Part shown: in pieces, positions 11,254 to 25,277 of the stretch | Numbering within the stretch: position 1 is the stretch's first letter | How the letters are laid out: each line of letters opens with the position of its first letter | Assembly (NCBI GenBank): GCA_030390025.1 | Contig: CM059432.1 | Location: 56,608,001 to 56,672,000, forward strand | Reading direction: 5' to 3' | Source of the DNA: Squalus acanthias | Lineage: Eukaryota | Length of the DNA: 64,000 nucleotides | Position numbers and translations under genes: made by a program | The notes under the pieces: generated by a model | Seen by the model: the letters and a program-made list of their open reading frames with translations, nothing else | Told to the model about the DNA's origin: nothing | Database searches by the model: none

Positions 11254-14200
11254 TGGTAGAGTTGCTTTGGAGAGTTAGGAGGTGAGCCACTCGCCATGAA
11301 ATACCCAGCCTCATACCTGCTCTAATGGCTATGGCATTTATGTGGCTGACCCAGTTTAGTTTCTGGTCAGTGGCAGCCCCAGAATGTTGATAGTAAGGGA
11401 TTCAGTGACGGTCATTGAAGGTCAAGTGGAGTTCGTTATGCTCTCTCTTTTTTGAGATGGTCATTGCCTGTCATTTGTGTGGCACAAATGTTACTTTCCA
11501 CTTATCAGCCCAAGCCTGGATGTTGTCCAGGTCTTGAAGCAGTCCATACCTGCATGCAGCATCATCTGAGAAACGTTGAATGGAGCTGAACACTGTGAAA
11601 TCATCAGTAAACAGCCCCACTTCTGGCCTAATGATGGAGGGAAGGTCATTGATGAAGCAACAGACATTAGTTGGGGCTAAGATGCTGCTCTACAGCGATG
11701 TCCTGGAGCTGAGATGATTGGTCTCCAATGACCACGACCATCTTCCTTTGTCCCATGTATGACTCCAGCCACTGGAGCGTTTTCCCCTTGATCCCCATTG
11801 GCTTCAGCTTTACTAGGGCTCCTTGGCCACACTGGGTCAAATGCTGCCTTGATGTCGAGGGCAGTTACTCTCACCTCACCGTATGTGTAACATCATGTAT
11901 CATTCTAGGTATTTGAATCATTATCACCATGATCTGTCATGCAGTTTTGGCCCAAGGTTGCTCCTGTTGAAATCTCATGATAGCTCAACATCATTTATCT
12001 TTTTTCTGTGCAGCCTGCAACCTCAGCTGTCTTCCATCTCGTCTTTCTCTGATGGCATTAATCCATCATCTGTAGTGCAATTGCTGCTACCACTGATGTG
12101 AAGGTTGCACATATAGGAAATCTATCTCTGGCCAATTTTCAAAGATGCTCAAAGTATTGCAGCTGTTTTGTCTCAATTCTGTGTTTTGATACTGATTTGT
12201 CACGTGATGTTCTCATTTTATCTGCTTCTGCAAAATACTTACTGCAAAATGACCATTTAGAAACTTACATAATAGAAATTATAGCTTGGAGGAGGCCGAT
12301 TGCACCATTGCCTATGCTGGCTTTTCAGTTCAAATTCCTTGCCCTTTCCCTGTAGCCTTTTTTGTCTTCATTTTCAATTATTTATTCAATTCTAATTTAA
12401 ATATAGTCTGTGCCTCAATAAGCACTTCAAACTTTTGCTTATTTTCTGTCTTTAATGCTGTAAGAATGCTTTGGTGGTAAATCTCTAAGCCATGTAAGGA
12501 GTATTGTTCAAAGGCATCAAATTAATCCTTTCCTTCAACTCCACATCAGTTCCTATGGAATCTGATTTCTCCACCCTTTCAGGTAGTGCATTCCAGATCT
12601 TAACAACCCTCTGTCTGAAGAAATTTCTCCTCATTTCCCCTCTAGTTCATTTGACAATTATTTTAAATCTATTACCTCTGGTTACCGACCCACTTGCCAG
12701 AGGAAATAGTTTCTCCTTACTTACTCTATCAAAACCCCTCATAATTTTGAATACCTCTATTGGGTCTCCCTTTAACCTTCTCTGCTCCAAGGAGAACAAT
12801 CCCAGCTTCTCCAATCTCTCCACATAACAGAAGTTCCTCATCCCTGGTATTATCCTGGTAAACTTCCACTATACCCTCTCTAGGATCTTGACATCCTTGC
12901 TGTAGTCTGGTGCCCAGAATCGTACACAGTACTCCAGCTGAGGCCTAACCAGAGATTCATAAAGGTTTCGCATGACTTCCTTGTTTTTGTATTCAATATC
13001 CCTATTTACAAAGCCAAATATCCCATGCGCTTTCTTAACTGCCTTATCAACTTGCCCTGCCACCTTCAAAGATTTATGAACATGCACCCCAGGTGCCTCT
13101 CTTCTTGCACCTCCCTCAAAATAGTACAATTTAGATTATGCTGCCTTTCCATGTTCTTTCTCCCAAAGTGCATCACTTCACACTTATCTGCATTAAATTG
13201 CATCTGCCATGTGTCTGCCCATTTCACGAGTCTGTCTATGTCCTCCTAAAGTCTGCTTCTATCATGCTCACTATTTACTATGTTGCCAAGTTTTGTATCA
13301 TCTGCAAACTTCAAAATTGCACAAGTCCAGGTCATTCATATCTAACAAGAAAGGCTATAGTCCCAATACCGACCTCCGGGGACCCAACTGCATACTTCTC
13401 TCCAGTCAGAAAAACTTCCGTTCTGCACTACTCTCTGCCTCCTATCTCTTAGCCAATTACGTACCCAAGTTGCCACCATCCCTTTAATACCATATGCTTC
13501 TATTTTCAGAATAATTCTGTTATGTGGTACTTTGAAAGTCCATATAAACAACATCTACTGCACTGCCTTTATCAAGCCTCTCTGTTACTTCATCAAAGAA
13601 CTCAATCAGGATAGTCAGCCACGATTTGTCTTTTCAAATCCATGTTGGCTCTCCCTTATCAACCTGTACTCCTCCAAGTGAGAATTACTTTTGTCCTTGA
13701 CAATGGTCTCTAGTAGTTTTCCCATCACTGACATTAGTCTGATTGGCCTGTAGTTATGAGGTTTATCCCCCTCTCCTTTTTTGAACAGGGCTGTAACATT
13801 TGCAATCCTCCAGTCCTCTGGCACCACTCCAATATACAAGGAGCATTGAAAGATTGTGGTCAGAGTTTCTGTTATCTCCATCTTAGCTTCCCTCAGCAAT
13901 CTAGGATGCATCCCATCTTGACCTGGTGACTTGTTTACTATGAGTGATGCTTACCTAGTCAGCACCAACTTTCTATCTATTTTTATCCTCTCCAATATCT
14001 CTACTCCTGCCCCCTCTACTCCGATATTAACTTCATCCTCTTCTTTTGTGAAGACAGATTGAAAAGTACTCATGCAGTACCTTAGTCATGGCCTCTGCTT
14101 CCACAAGAATCATTCCTTTAATTATCTTTTTAATTTTTATGTTTATAAATGACTCTTGGGTTCCCTTTTATGTTACCTGCTAATCTTTTCTCATACTCTC

Positions 14201-14938
14201 TCTTAGCCCTTCATACATTCAGTTTCAATTCCCCCCTGCACGCTCTGTATTCTGCCTGGTTTTCTACGTCTGGTTTTCTGTACCTGACATTTGTCACAAA
14301 CCTCCTTTTTCTGTTTTATTTTAACTCTTATTTGCTGTGTCATCCAGGGAGCTCTAGCTTTGAATGCGCCATCTTTCCTCCTTATGGGAATATGCTTGGT
14401 TTGTACCCGGAGTATCTCCACCTTGAAGGCCTGCTATTTACTGTTCTCCTGGCCAATCTTTTTTTCCAGTCCACTTGTGATAGATCCCTTCTCAACTCAT
14501 TGAAATTGACTCTCTTCCAGTTGGGTATTTTCACTTTTGATTTTTCTTGTCTTTTTCTGTAAGTAATTTAAACCTAATTATATCATGATCACTATTACCC
14601 AGATGTTCTTCCACTGAAACACACTTCACTTGCCCTACTTCATTCCCCAGACCGAGATCCAGCACTGCTTCCTTCCTCGTTGGGGTAGAAGCATACTGAT
14701 TCAGCAAGTTCTCCTGTACACATTTTAGAAATTCTTCGCCTCCTTGCCCATTACTCTGTTTTATGTCCCATTCTATATTCGGGTAATTGAAGTTCCCTAC
14801 TATTAGTGCTCTATTATTTTTACATTTCTCTGAAATTTGCCTACAGATTTGCTTTTCCATCTCCTTCTCACTATTTGGGGGTCGATAGTTAAACACTCAG
14901 CAATGTAACTGCTCCTTAATTCTAACCAAATAGATTCA

Positions 14939-15600
14939 GGGGGAAAAATTGAGTCGCACCCCCTTTGGGGCGCTAACTTTGCAGCACCTTGGAAAAATTA
15001 GCGCCCCCGCAGCTGAATTTGAGTGGTAGCGCCCCAAGAGGGAAGCGGGGTGCTACTGGAAGCGCCCCGCCTCCCTCTTGGGGCGCTGCGAGGGAATATC
15101 GCGGCGCTGGCGCTGCGGCATGTCGCGCCGCGGTATTGCAGGCCTTCCTTCCCTTCTTAAAGGGGAGAGGCCTTGTGCAGCGCGACCTGGGGCCCAGACG
15201 GTCTCATGGAGCGCAGCTGGCATTCCGCGGGGGGGGGCGGGTCAGGAGGCCGGGGACGGCAGCGGAGGCAGGTGCTGGCAGGCGGCCAGCAACAAAAATG
15301 GCCGCCCGACACCTCGCCTTTAAATAGTGCTGCCCCGGCCGCAGGTAGGCCCCCCTGACCCTGTCGGACATAGCGTCCGGCGGTAAGTCAGGGGGCGCTA
15401 CCGAAGATCGCGGCCGGGGCGCTGCGCACGGCGATGATGTCATCACCGGCAGTGCTAACGGTTAGCGCCGCCACTAACCTCCTGCTGAATTTCGTGGGAG
15501 GCGTTGGCGGAGCCGCGCCCGGGCGCTAGTTGCTTTGCGCCCCATTCATGCCCTCTTAGGGCGCTAATGGGAGGCGCAAAGCAACCAAATTTTTCCCCTG
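14939..15600. mobile_element. Harbinger-like MITE, family A' (opposite orientation to family A)
   Basis: TIR ggggaaaaatt / aatttttcccc, possible CAG TSD. Close copy at 17829-18543. Confidence 0.85.
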
Positions 15601-15649
15601 CAGTCTTTGAACCCTCTGGTATATCATCCCTCTGTAGAACTGTAATATT

Positions 15650-16394
15650 GGCCCGGAATTTGCAGTCAGCAGCGAAGCGAAGGCATTCGCTGCAGGTTCC
15701 GAAGTACGCTTCACACAAGGATCTGTGATCCCTGTGTCGAGAACTTCGGGTTTTCCGACCTTCAATTCAAATCAACGAACTGTAGTGGGGATCCCCTTGT
15801 ACGATCTGATGTGACGTCAACAGGCTGTCTAAGCAGCCAATCAAAACGTAGAATTCTCACAGACAGCGAACAAGGAAGTGAGTAAGCTCTTAAAATTCTA
15901 ACTTTTAAAAAATGTCAGAGAGAGCAAAACAAAGAGTGGGGCTCTCACATAGGGAAAAGGCAAACTTGAAATAACACTTTTTTTTAAGTTTCTTAAAAAT
16001 TAAAATTTTTATTAAAATGGACAAATTTCACACTCCACAAAATTTAAATTAGTTTTCCAGGCCCTTAACATTTGTTTAGTAGTAATAACACTGTCAAAAC
16101 CCCACTTACACCTAATCCCTTTGGGTCAAACTTTTAGTGGGGATTTTAACAGTGTAATTATTGCGGAAGAGCCAAAATTTTCATCAGTTTCAATGATTTG
16201 GCTGATTACACAGATTGCTGGCTCTGTGGGGGGAGCGGCGGGGGCACAGCGCAGCCTGTTTCGGAGCTGTCAATGACTGACCGCAACTTCGGGATTTCTG
16301 CATGCGCCAGATCCCGAAATTGCTGGCAGTTTTAAAGGCGGAATGACGGTGAAAGCTGCCAGTTTGCAGTCATCTGGATTGCAAATTCCGGGCC
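15650..16394. mobile_element. Harbinger-like MITE, family B
   Basis: Perfect 15-bp TIR ggcccggaatttgca / tgcaaattccgggcc and ATT TSD. Confidence 0.9.
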
Positions 16395-17828
16395 ATTATC
16401 CTTGATCAATACTACCAGTCCCCCTCCTTTCATTTTTCTTTCTCGATCTTTCCTGAATACATTGTAGCCAGGAATGTTTTGTTCCTGTTCCTGCCCATAT
16501 TTAAGCCAGATCTCCGTTATAGCCACTACATCATAACCCCATGTGGCAATTTATAGCTCGTCAACCTTATTTGTAACACTCCTCGCATTAACACACATGC
16601 ATTCCAACACCATGCTAGTCTGCTTTGATTTTTTTCTCAATTTACTTCCTGCTATTACTGCACTTTTCTTTGTTCTGTTGTTTGTCTCTCCTAGTTTTCT
16701 ATGCACCTTGTTTCTCCTCTGCTGCTATGTCCTGGTTCCCCTTAACCTGCCAAATTAGATTAAACCCTCCCCACAGCACTAGTTATCCTTCCCATGAGGA
16801 CATTGGTCCCAGCCCTGTTCAGGTGCAACCTGTCCGACTTGTGCAGGTCCCTCCTACCCCAGAACTGGTCCCAGTGCCCCAAGAGTCTGAGGCGCTCCCT
16901 CCTGCACCACTTCTCCAGCCACACATTCACCTGCACTATCTTCCTGTTTATGTACTCACTAGCACGTGGCACTGGGAGTAATCCAGAGATTACCACCTTT
17001 GAGGTCCTGTTCTCTAATCTTTTTACTAGCTCCTGAAACTCTGCCTGTAGGACCTCAACCCTTTCATACCGATATCAGTGGTTCCAATATGGACCATGAC
17101 TTCTGGCTGGTCTCCTTCCCGTCGCAGAATGTCCTGCATCTGTTCAGTGATATCCTTTACCCTGGCACCAGGGAGGCAACACACCATTTGGGACTCAAGT
17201 CTGCAGTTGCAGAAATGCCTGTCTATTCCCCTGACTATCGAATCCCCTACAACAACTGCAACGCTACACTTTCTTGTGACTCTCTGTGCAGCCGAGTCTC
17301 CCACAGTGCTGTGGATTTGCTTTTGACTGCACTTCCCCGAGGTGTCATCACCCTCACTGGTATTCAACACTGAATTTGTGAGCGCCACACTCACAGGATT
17401 TCTGCACTGCCTGCCTTTTCCTCGTAGCCTGCCTGGTGGTCACCCACTCTCTCTTTCCCACCACCCAGCCCCCCCCCCCCCCCCCCCCACCCGAACTCTG
17501 TAGCTGCTGGGTGATCATGTCTGAATCCTGCTATCCATGAAACTCTCAGCTTCCCGTTTCTATTGTAGTGACCCCAGCCGTCCCTCGAGCTCAGAAACTC
17601 TGAGCTTGAACAGTTGGCGCACTTCCTGTATATGTAGTTTTCCACTGGAGTTCCCACTTGGTGAATGATGTACATGCGACGGGCTCTAGCTGTCCTGCCA
17701 TGTTAGCTAACAGTTATTCAAAATTGTTTGATTAGCTTTCAGGCTATTTAACGGTTCACCTAGCACTAAAAGATTAAAACACTGGCGAGTAAAAACACTA
17801 ACTAATAAAACACTAACCAATATACTAA

Positions 17829-18543
17829 GGGGGAAAAATTAAGTCGCGCCCCCTTTGGGTGCTAACTTCGCTGGGGCACTACTTTTAGCGCCCCCGCGGC
17901 CAAAATTCATCGGTAGCGCCCCGAGAGGGAAGTAGCGCCCCGCCTCCCTCATGGGGAGCTGCGAGGGAATATCGCGGTGCTGCGGCACGTCGCGCCATGG
18001 TACTGCAGACTTTCCTCCCCTTCTTAAAGGGGAGGGGCCTTGCGCAGCGCGACCTGCGGCCCAGCTGGGCCATCAGGGATCGGAGTGCCGGCAAAAGAGC
18101 CCGGCACTCAACAGAAGTGCCAGGCTCACGGAGCGCAGCCGGCATTCCACGGCGGGGGCTGGTCAGGAAGCCGGGGACGGCAACGGGGGCAGGTGCTGGC
18201 AGGTGGCCAGCAACAAAAATGGCCGCCCGGCACCTTGCCTTTAATTAGTGCCGCCCCGGCCGCAGGTTGGCCCCCCCTGACCCCGTCGGACATAGCGTCC
18301 AGCGGTAAGTCAGGGGGCGCTACCGAAGATCGCGGCCAGGCGCGAGCGGGGCGCTGTGCACGGCGATGACCATCACCGGCAGTGCAGCGCCACGGGGCGC
18401 TAACGGTTACCGCCGCCGCTAACCTCCTGCTGAATATCACGGGAGGCGTTGGCGCCGCGCCCGGGCGCTAGTTGCTTTGCGCCCCCCGTTAGCGCCCTAA
18501 GAGGGCGCTAACAGGAGGCGCAAAGCAACCGAATTTTTAGGCC
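17829..18543. mobile_element. Harbinger-like MITE, family A'
   Basis: TAA TSD at 17826-17828 and 18544-18546. Direct repeat of 14939-15600. Confidence 0.88.
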
Positions 18544-20257
18544 TAAATACTTAAACTAACTTAACACGGACCACCAAATACTTATCCTGGCTACTTAATT
18601 TTAATTCTTCGGGTTCCACCCTCTGTGCTGGTTGTGACGTCACTTCTTCAGTTTTGCTCCATGGTTGTTTTGGTATGGTCTCTGCCGCTCTCGCTGCTTG
18701 CACTGGTGTTGTGCTCCTTGGGCCTCCTACGATGCTCTTTGATTATTTTTATGTTTACTGTTGCCCCTTGGTTTAAATTACTTGGTACCTCCTTCCCCTT
18801 CTGCACCGAATTCCCACTCTCACCAAATTCCCATTCCCACTCTGTTTAGCAAGCCACTCAGTTTAGTAGATTATCCCAGCTCTGTGCACACAGCTCCTCT
18901 TTCAGTAAGATATCAATTTTTAAAAGTGGAAACAGTGGTTAAGTTTTCCCTTACTATTTCCCTCTTTGGGCCAAGAACTATCTCTAGGTAAGAGAACGTC
19001 TGGATACTGCTCCCAGACCTCAATGTAGTTTTATTGCTGGGCCCTAGGCAATATGCAAGAGCAGTCCAGGATGGTTTTCGTTTTGATTTTTACTTGCCTC
19101 CTGATGCAGCTGAGATCAACAATTCATTTTGTGGACAATCGCAGTCAGAAGCTTATCATAATACTTTGTAGCACAGAGCATTGTTGCTACAGCTCCATGC
19201 ACTGCCCAGGAAATTCCAAATTCTTCAATTAATAGGTTTACTTTGAAGCTTTACGTCTGTATCTTACAGTTGGTAGCCAGTTTAATAAAAACAATATTGA
19301 ATCCTGTCTACTAAATTCAGACCTACTCTATTCAGTTATCAGAATACTGCTTTTGAAACTGATAGAAATACGTCTAGTTAATGCTGACAAAAGAGATTGG
19401 CTCCTTACCAGGGGGCCAAGTCTATGATTTAGAACTGTGAAGTGGGGTGTGTGGGTCCTTTGTTCATGCTGATGTTCTCATCTCCCACAAGGTCTAAAGA
19501 AGCAATCAATACTTTTTGAGCAGCACCAGTGAATCATTTTTCTCACGGATTGAGCCACCAGTTTATCAGACATATTAAATGCCTGTCATTTCATGATCCT
19601 TTCTTGTATTGATGTTAAGTTAGATAGTTGTATTTTATAAGTTATATTTTATAAGAAGTCGTAAAAATCATCATTACCCTGTATTTTCCAAACTGGGGGA
19701 AGGAGGGAAGAACTGCTTATACTTCCTGAGATTAATTATTGATTTGGTTAGTCTGATGAAGTTCTGGTGATACAAAATATAAGCTTTCTTTTAGAAGAGG
19801 TGGATCTAATTAATTTAAATTATATTTAAAATTGTGCAGCACTGACTGAATCATATGAAATTGGATATAGGTTTGCAGAAGTTATGCAAAATTTGCTTTA
19901 AGAGCAGTTTTATTTTTGATGGAAAGTGTATTCATAAGCTACCTATTTAAAACACAAATATTAATTAATAGTTGTCAATTTTATTTCTTTTTCAGATTGT
20001 GAGTATTGACATACTATAAAATACAGTGCATCAATTGGATATTTGCTGCAAATTTGAATGACCTATAATCCCGAGATCCTACTATTATGCTGGTTCTTAA
20101 AGTAATCAGGGAAATTTGTTGGGAGGAATAACTAGGTTTGACTGTGTATATAGATACAATAAATAAACAAGATTCAACTGTGCATGTTAATTAGGCTACT
20201 TTGTACTCTCTTGCTTAGTAACTCTATGCCAGTTCCCTCGATGAAATCAGAAACTTA

Positions 20258-21053
20258 GGGCACAATCTTGCCAGCCCTCAGGAGGCGGGCTTGGAGGCAG
20301 GACTGCCGGGAAAATGGCAGAATCTGGGGGCGGGTACCCATCCCGCCCCCAACCCACCTCCGTGCCATCTTCCCAGGAGGCGGGTAGCCGACCCATGCCG
20401 GGTCCCGTCTCCTGGAGGCGGGAAGAGGATTACAAGCAGTTAAGAGGATGATCCCCATTTTTCCACCAGAGGCACGGGCTTCCCAACGTCGGGAAACCCC
20501 GCCAGGGTCACCGAGGCGAGCAGTGGATCTGCGGGGGTGGGAGGTGTGCAAAAGTGCGCTGTGGAGGTGAGTGATGGGTGCAAGAGTGGAAAGGTGAGTA
20601 TGTGAGGTGAGTGGAAAGTGATGGAAAATGTTTACTTACCTTTGTTTCTTCCTGCAGGCTTCAACAGTTGGGGATGCGGAGAGTCTCGCATCTCACGGGC
20701 AGAGATGACAGATGGCTGCTGCATTTTCCGATGCAACATCCATCTAATTTCTGCTCACAAGAGGTTTGATGAGTCTTGAATACAAGAACTCATCAAACAA
20801 CAGAGAATGTCAGTGTTTGACAGCTTCACAGAGCTGTCAAACGATGACAATTCATCTGACAGATGAAACGTCATACGCTGACGTTCTCTGTAACCGGCTT
20901 CCCCTTAATTGGCCTGCTAAGCCGCTGGGCGGGCTTAACAAGGTCAATCAAGGAAAAATAGCATGGGTTGGCCACAAGTCGATGGAGGCGGGACTGAAAC
21001 CCGACAAGCAGCAGTGCCGCCTCCAACGTGACCCCATTGACAAAATCGGCCCC
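20258..21053. mobile_element. Harbinger-like MITE, family C
   Basis: tta|gggcacaatctt ... aaaatcggcccc|taa. Inverted homolog at 59090-59890. Confidence 0.8.
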
Positions 21054-21269
21054 TAAAGTTTAAACACAAATTATATAGAAAGGCAGACATAAAAACAACA
21101 TGTACTAACTACAAAATTAAAAACTGGCTAACATACTTCAAAAATGTTGACAGATACACTAAAAGGCCAGCAACTTAAAAAACAGTACAAGTGAGAAACA
21201 GCACTAAATAAAGGACAGTGCTACTTCTTCAACTTGAGCTTTTTATACATTACAAACCCTGTCCAATTA

Positions 21270-21683
21270 GGTAAGTTTATTTTTAGCCCCTTTAAAACAT
21301 AAATTTAAAAAAAAATTGTTTAAAATATTTAATTAAATGGCATTTTAATTCATTTTAAATAAGTAATTAAAAAAAATGTATTTCATGTGTTCGTGTATTT
21401 TTTAAGTGATCTCCATTCATACTTGTGGGAGTTCCATACGTATGGAACTCCCATAAGTATGAATGGGGATTCCCTTCTTTTATTGGTTGGGCTGGCCCAC
21501 GTGATCCATGGGGCGCTTGTGAACCGCATGCGCCCCTCGGATATGTGGGCCTCTGCCAACGCGTACCCGGAGAAGCCCAGGATCGCAAGCCTCCGTATCT
21601 CCCGGGCCACCAGGTAAATGCATAGATATTTTAAGGTCGGAGGCATCTGCCCGCTTGAAGCCTCTGATCACAAATGTTGGGCC
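21270..21683. mobile_element. Partial Harbinger-like MITE containing a 62-bp palindrome
   Basis: AT-rich core, then a CpG-rich arm ending aaatgttgggcc. The left TIR was not found. Confidence 0.5.
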
Positions 21684-22042
21684 AAAGTGTCTACATTATT
21701 TCAATCACAGAATTTGTGACATTGCAGTTGGTAAAGCTCGAAGGATATTTTTGATCTCTAGTTACCAGATAGTTAAAAATATTGCTTTCTGTTTTAGACA
21801 TCTACAATGTGAAAGTATTTGCATGATTACTATTCTAATATATGGACAGCAAATTTCAACCAGCACTGAAGAGGAGTGCTGGAGGCTTACTTGACTATCA
21901 GACTTGAAAGTGAACTAAATTCTCACTCCTCGTCTTAACTTGCAAAGAACCCTGTGTGCTCCTACTCTGCAAATATTAAGCTAAGTTGCTCTTTGATGCT
22001 TGTGCAAGTCAGAAACTCTTGAACTGTGCTCTGCTTTCTGTG

Positions 22043-22540
22043 CTGTGCAACGAAGGTTCACGAGATTGATTCCTGGGATGACGGGACTGTCGTATGAGAA
22101 GAGATTGAGTAAACTAGGCCTGTATTCTCTTGAATTCAGAAGAATGAGAGGGGATCTCATTGAAGCATACAAAATTATTACAGGGCTTGATAGGATGGAT
22201 GCTGGGAGAATGTTTCCCTTGGCTGGGGAGTCTAGAACCAGGGGCCACAGCCTCAAGGTAAAGGGTAGGCCATTCACGACTGAGATGAGAAGAAATTTCT
22301 TCACACACACGGTGGTGAATCTTTGGAATTCTCTACCCCAGAGGGCTGTGGAGGCTCAGTCACTGGGTATATTCAAAACAGAAGTAGATAGATTTCTGAC
22401 TAGTAAGGGCATCAAGGGATATGGCGATAGGGCCGGTGAATGGAGTTGAGGCAGAAGATCAGCCATGATCTCATTGAATGGCGGAGCAGGCTCGAAGGGC
22501 CGAATGGCCTACTCCTGCTCCTATTTCTTATGTTCTTATG
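22043..22540 (+). mobile_element. CR1 LINE 3' fragment
   Basis: VQRRFTRLIPGM...GIKGYG and a (ttcttatg)2 tail. Confidence 0.93.
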
Positions 22541-23704
22541 CAGACTGCTATATAAAATTATTCAAGCTATATTTTGATATGCTGGTATTTGTCTTTTGTG
22601 GAAGTAAACTGTTGCAATCATTCCTCCCTCTTTTCTGTGCTTCAGTTTAACTGGATATTGAAACTGATACTGTGGTTGATGTTTTTTTTTAGATGTCTCA
22701 CTGCTTTCTTTGTGCATTCTTTACAAATAGTCTGCCTTAGGTACCCTTCACAGCTCCAGTCACACACTTGCCTTCACAGCAATCTCCTGATTCAACATGG
22801 TTGTTTTTTTTTAAACTGCTAATGATATCTTTGCTATAAGTATAGTTATAAGCAGTTTTCTTTCTATTTATCCCAACTGTTAACTTGCCTTTAACTAGAT
22901 ATGTATTACTTCTGTCTGCTGTTAGAGGGCAATTTTTTGTTCTTTCCTGTGGTCATTGAGAAAGCAATAGAAAACCAAAAAAGATGGGATGACCAGTTAA
23001 AATGTGTTCGGAGTAATACTTTATTGACTTTTACATTATCTTCAGTAAATGTTGTATGTATTCCCATGTGATTCTCAAGCACATTATGTCTGGAATTAAT
23101 AGTAGTCGCAATATTATTTTGAATTCCAGTGTAGAGGATAGTTTAATAAAACTCCTCAATCATTGTAATCCTGTTTACTTTAATGCTGGATGTAGTACTA
23201 GTAAATGTTCCTAATAACGATGGCTGATTCTTGCTTAACCTTTTAACCAAATTGGATAAAAATAACTGAAACATGAAATGAATCGACAGTATCAATGCTG
23301 TGAGACTTTGTCATGTCTTGCAGAATACTACAAAGGTAATAAAGATGTTAGTTTCAAGCATATTTTAGGATTTTAGTGTATGATATATTTTGGGAGAAAC
23401 CCAAGAGCATGATAAAGACTGGCAGATAATAGGAAATAGTAATGGGTTTTATATGCATAGAAAAAGTAAAAGAATCATTAGTGTAGTATCACTCCAGCAT
23501 GAATGGGGAGTCTAATTGTGGAGGATGAAGGTATAGGTGGAAATATATATTAAATAAATATTTTGCATCTATTTTTTCAAATAATGGTGGAAGTGAGAAT
23601 GCAGGTGTACGAGAGGAAGGTATGGAAGAATTGTTAGAGCTAATCATAGAAAAAGAACTGGCTCAAGACCACAAAGGTTAGGAGAAATAACCATTAAAGA
23701 ATGA

Positions 23705-24102
23705 AAAGAAAGGACTTGTACCTCTCCAGACATCAGGTGTACTTTGGAAGAGTAGTCACTGTTGTAATATGGGGAAACACAGTTTCCAATTTGCACACAG
23801 CAAGGTCCCACAAATAGCAATGAGGTAAATGAGTAGATAATCTATTTTAGCAATGCTGGTTGATGGATAAATGATGGCTAAGCCACTGGGAGAACTCCCC
23901 TACTCCTCTGCAAATAGTGCCATGGGATCTTTCATGTCCACCTGAGTGGGCAGACGAGTCCTCGCTTTTAATGTCTCACTTGAAAGATGGCTCCTCCGAC
24001 AGTGTCAGTCTCCGTTATGTGCTCAAGTCTCTGGAGTAGGGCTTTAACTCACAACTTCTGACTCAGAGGCAAGAGTGCTACCACTGAACCAAGGCTAACA
24101 CC
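23705..24102 (-). mobile_element. Deu-domain tRNA-derived SINE (SacSINE1/AmnSINE1-like), decayed
   Basis: Reverse complement of 55524-55947, including the tRNA-like head. Confidence 0.82.
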
Positions 24103-24751
24103 TAAATTAAAAGGAATCCTCACAACATTCTTGCTGCTGTGATCTCTTGAAGCAGTTTTGTGTTCCTTTGTATCTTTGTTACCTTTGGATAATGTTGTTG
24201 ACTGTAGGTACATGGTGGGTCTGCCATCGGCAGCACTCAGAAATGTAAGCGTTGTGACCCCTTTAGTTCTGATGATACAAGAGAGACACTTTTTTGAGAG
24301 TCTTGTGAGCTGTCGTTGGATCAGCTGCCACCTGTCCTCTGCCAATAAACCTGTGGAATGGTTCTGTGCATCTGTGAGCTTTGAAAGTACAATCAACCTC
24401 CAATGAACAGCAATTCTGGAAGATAAATATAAATTAGGGAAACTGGCCCATGGAGGTCATTATAGCATATTCTCTTGAGATTGGCTACCAATAGATCTGT
24501 AAGATAAAAGAAGGAAAGGTCTTGCAATCTAATTTGACATTTGTCAAATTCTGTGCATTTATCTTTTTGTCTTTCAATTATCATCTTCTAAATCTCTCCA
24601 TTTTGATCTTTGCCAAATGACTTTGTTGTCGTCCTCATGTTCTGTTCTGCTTTGATCTCTTCCAGTCTCTTGTTGCTCTTTCTATCTCAATAGGCATAGT
24701 GAAATTGTTGTGATTAATAACATTTATAGTTGAAACATTCTTAGCTGTAAC

Positions 24752-25153
24752 TCACTCCCGGGACCTGAGCACATAAAGCTAGGCTGACACTCCAGTGCAG
24801 TACTGAGGAAGTGCTGCAGTGTCGGAGGTGCCGTCTTTCGGATGAGATGTTAAACCGAGGCCCCGTCTGCTCTCTCAGGTGGATGTAAAAGATCCCATGG
24901 CACTATTTCGAAGAAGAGTAGGGGAGTTATTCCCGGTATCGTGGCCAATATTTATCCCTCAACCAACATAACAAAAACAGATTATCTGGTCATTATCACA
25001 TTGCTGTTTGTGGGACCTTGCTGTGCGCAAATTGGCTGCCGCATGTCCCACATTACAACAGTGACTCCACTTCAAAAGTATTTCATTGGCTGTAAAGTGC
25101 TTTGAGACGTCCGGTGGTTGTGGAAGGCGCAATATAAATGCAAGTCTTTCTTT
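24752..25153 (+). mobile_element. Deu-domain SINE (SacSINE1-like), 5'-truncated
   Basis: Deu core ggaggtgccgtctttcggatgag...aaaagatcccatggcactatttcgaagaag and an L2-type tail. Confidence 0.88.
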
Positions 25154-25277
25154 TTAACCATCAAGCTTTCTATTTTCTATTTTACATTCTTCTACTGCCA
25201 CAAGCACAGTGTGAACTCTGGATTTGGGATAGTTATGAAAGTAACACAGTAGTTGAAGATTGGGATTCTATTTCCCC

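Larger units (their letters stand above)
6680..11880 (-). mobile_element. Older copy of the same LINE family in three pieces (6680-6955, ~9051-9245, 11254-11880), split by younger insertions
   Basis: The pieces are colinear with the 6958-9050 copy, and the sequence resumes across the CR1 at TSD tggtaga. Confidence 0.75.
12258..18740 (-). mobile_element. Decayed near-full-length CR1 LINE (ORF1 esterase, EN, RT), interrupted by three MITEs
   Basis: VVVGDSIVRG...VHIGT at 17.0-17.4 kb, AITEIWL at 16.5 kb, YRPPN and NSDH at 14.5-14.9 kb, and RT remnants at 12.6-13.9 kb. Confidence 0.88.

Noticed and set aside
14939..18543. CpG-rich patches as a CpG island or a PEG13-like imprinted region (mammalian PEG13 lies in a TRAPPC9 intron)
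   Set aside because: The patches are bounded by TIRs and TSDs and occur as multiple copies, so they are MITEs. There is no evidence for PEG13 homology.
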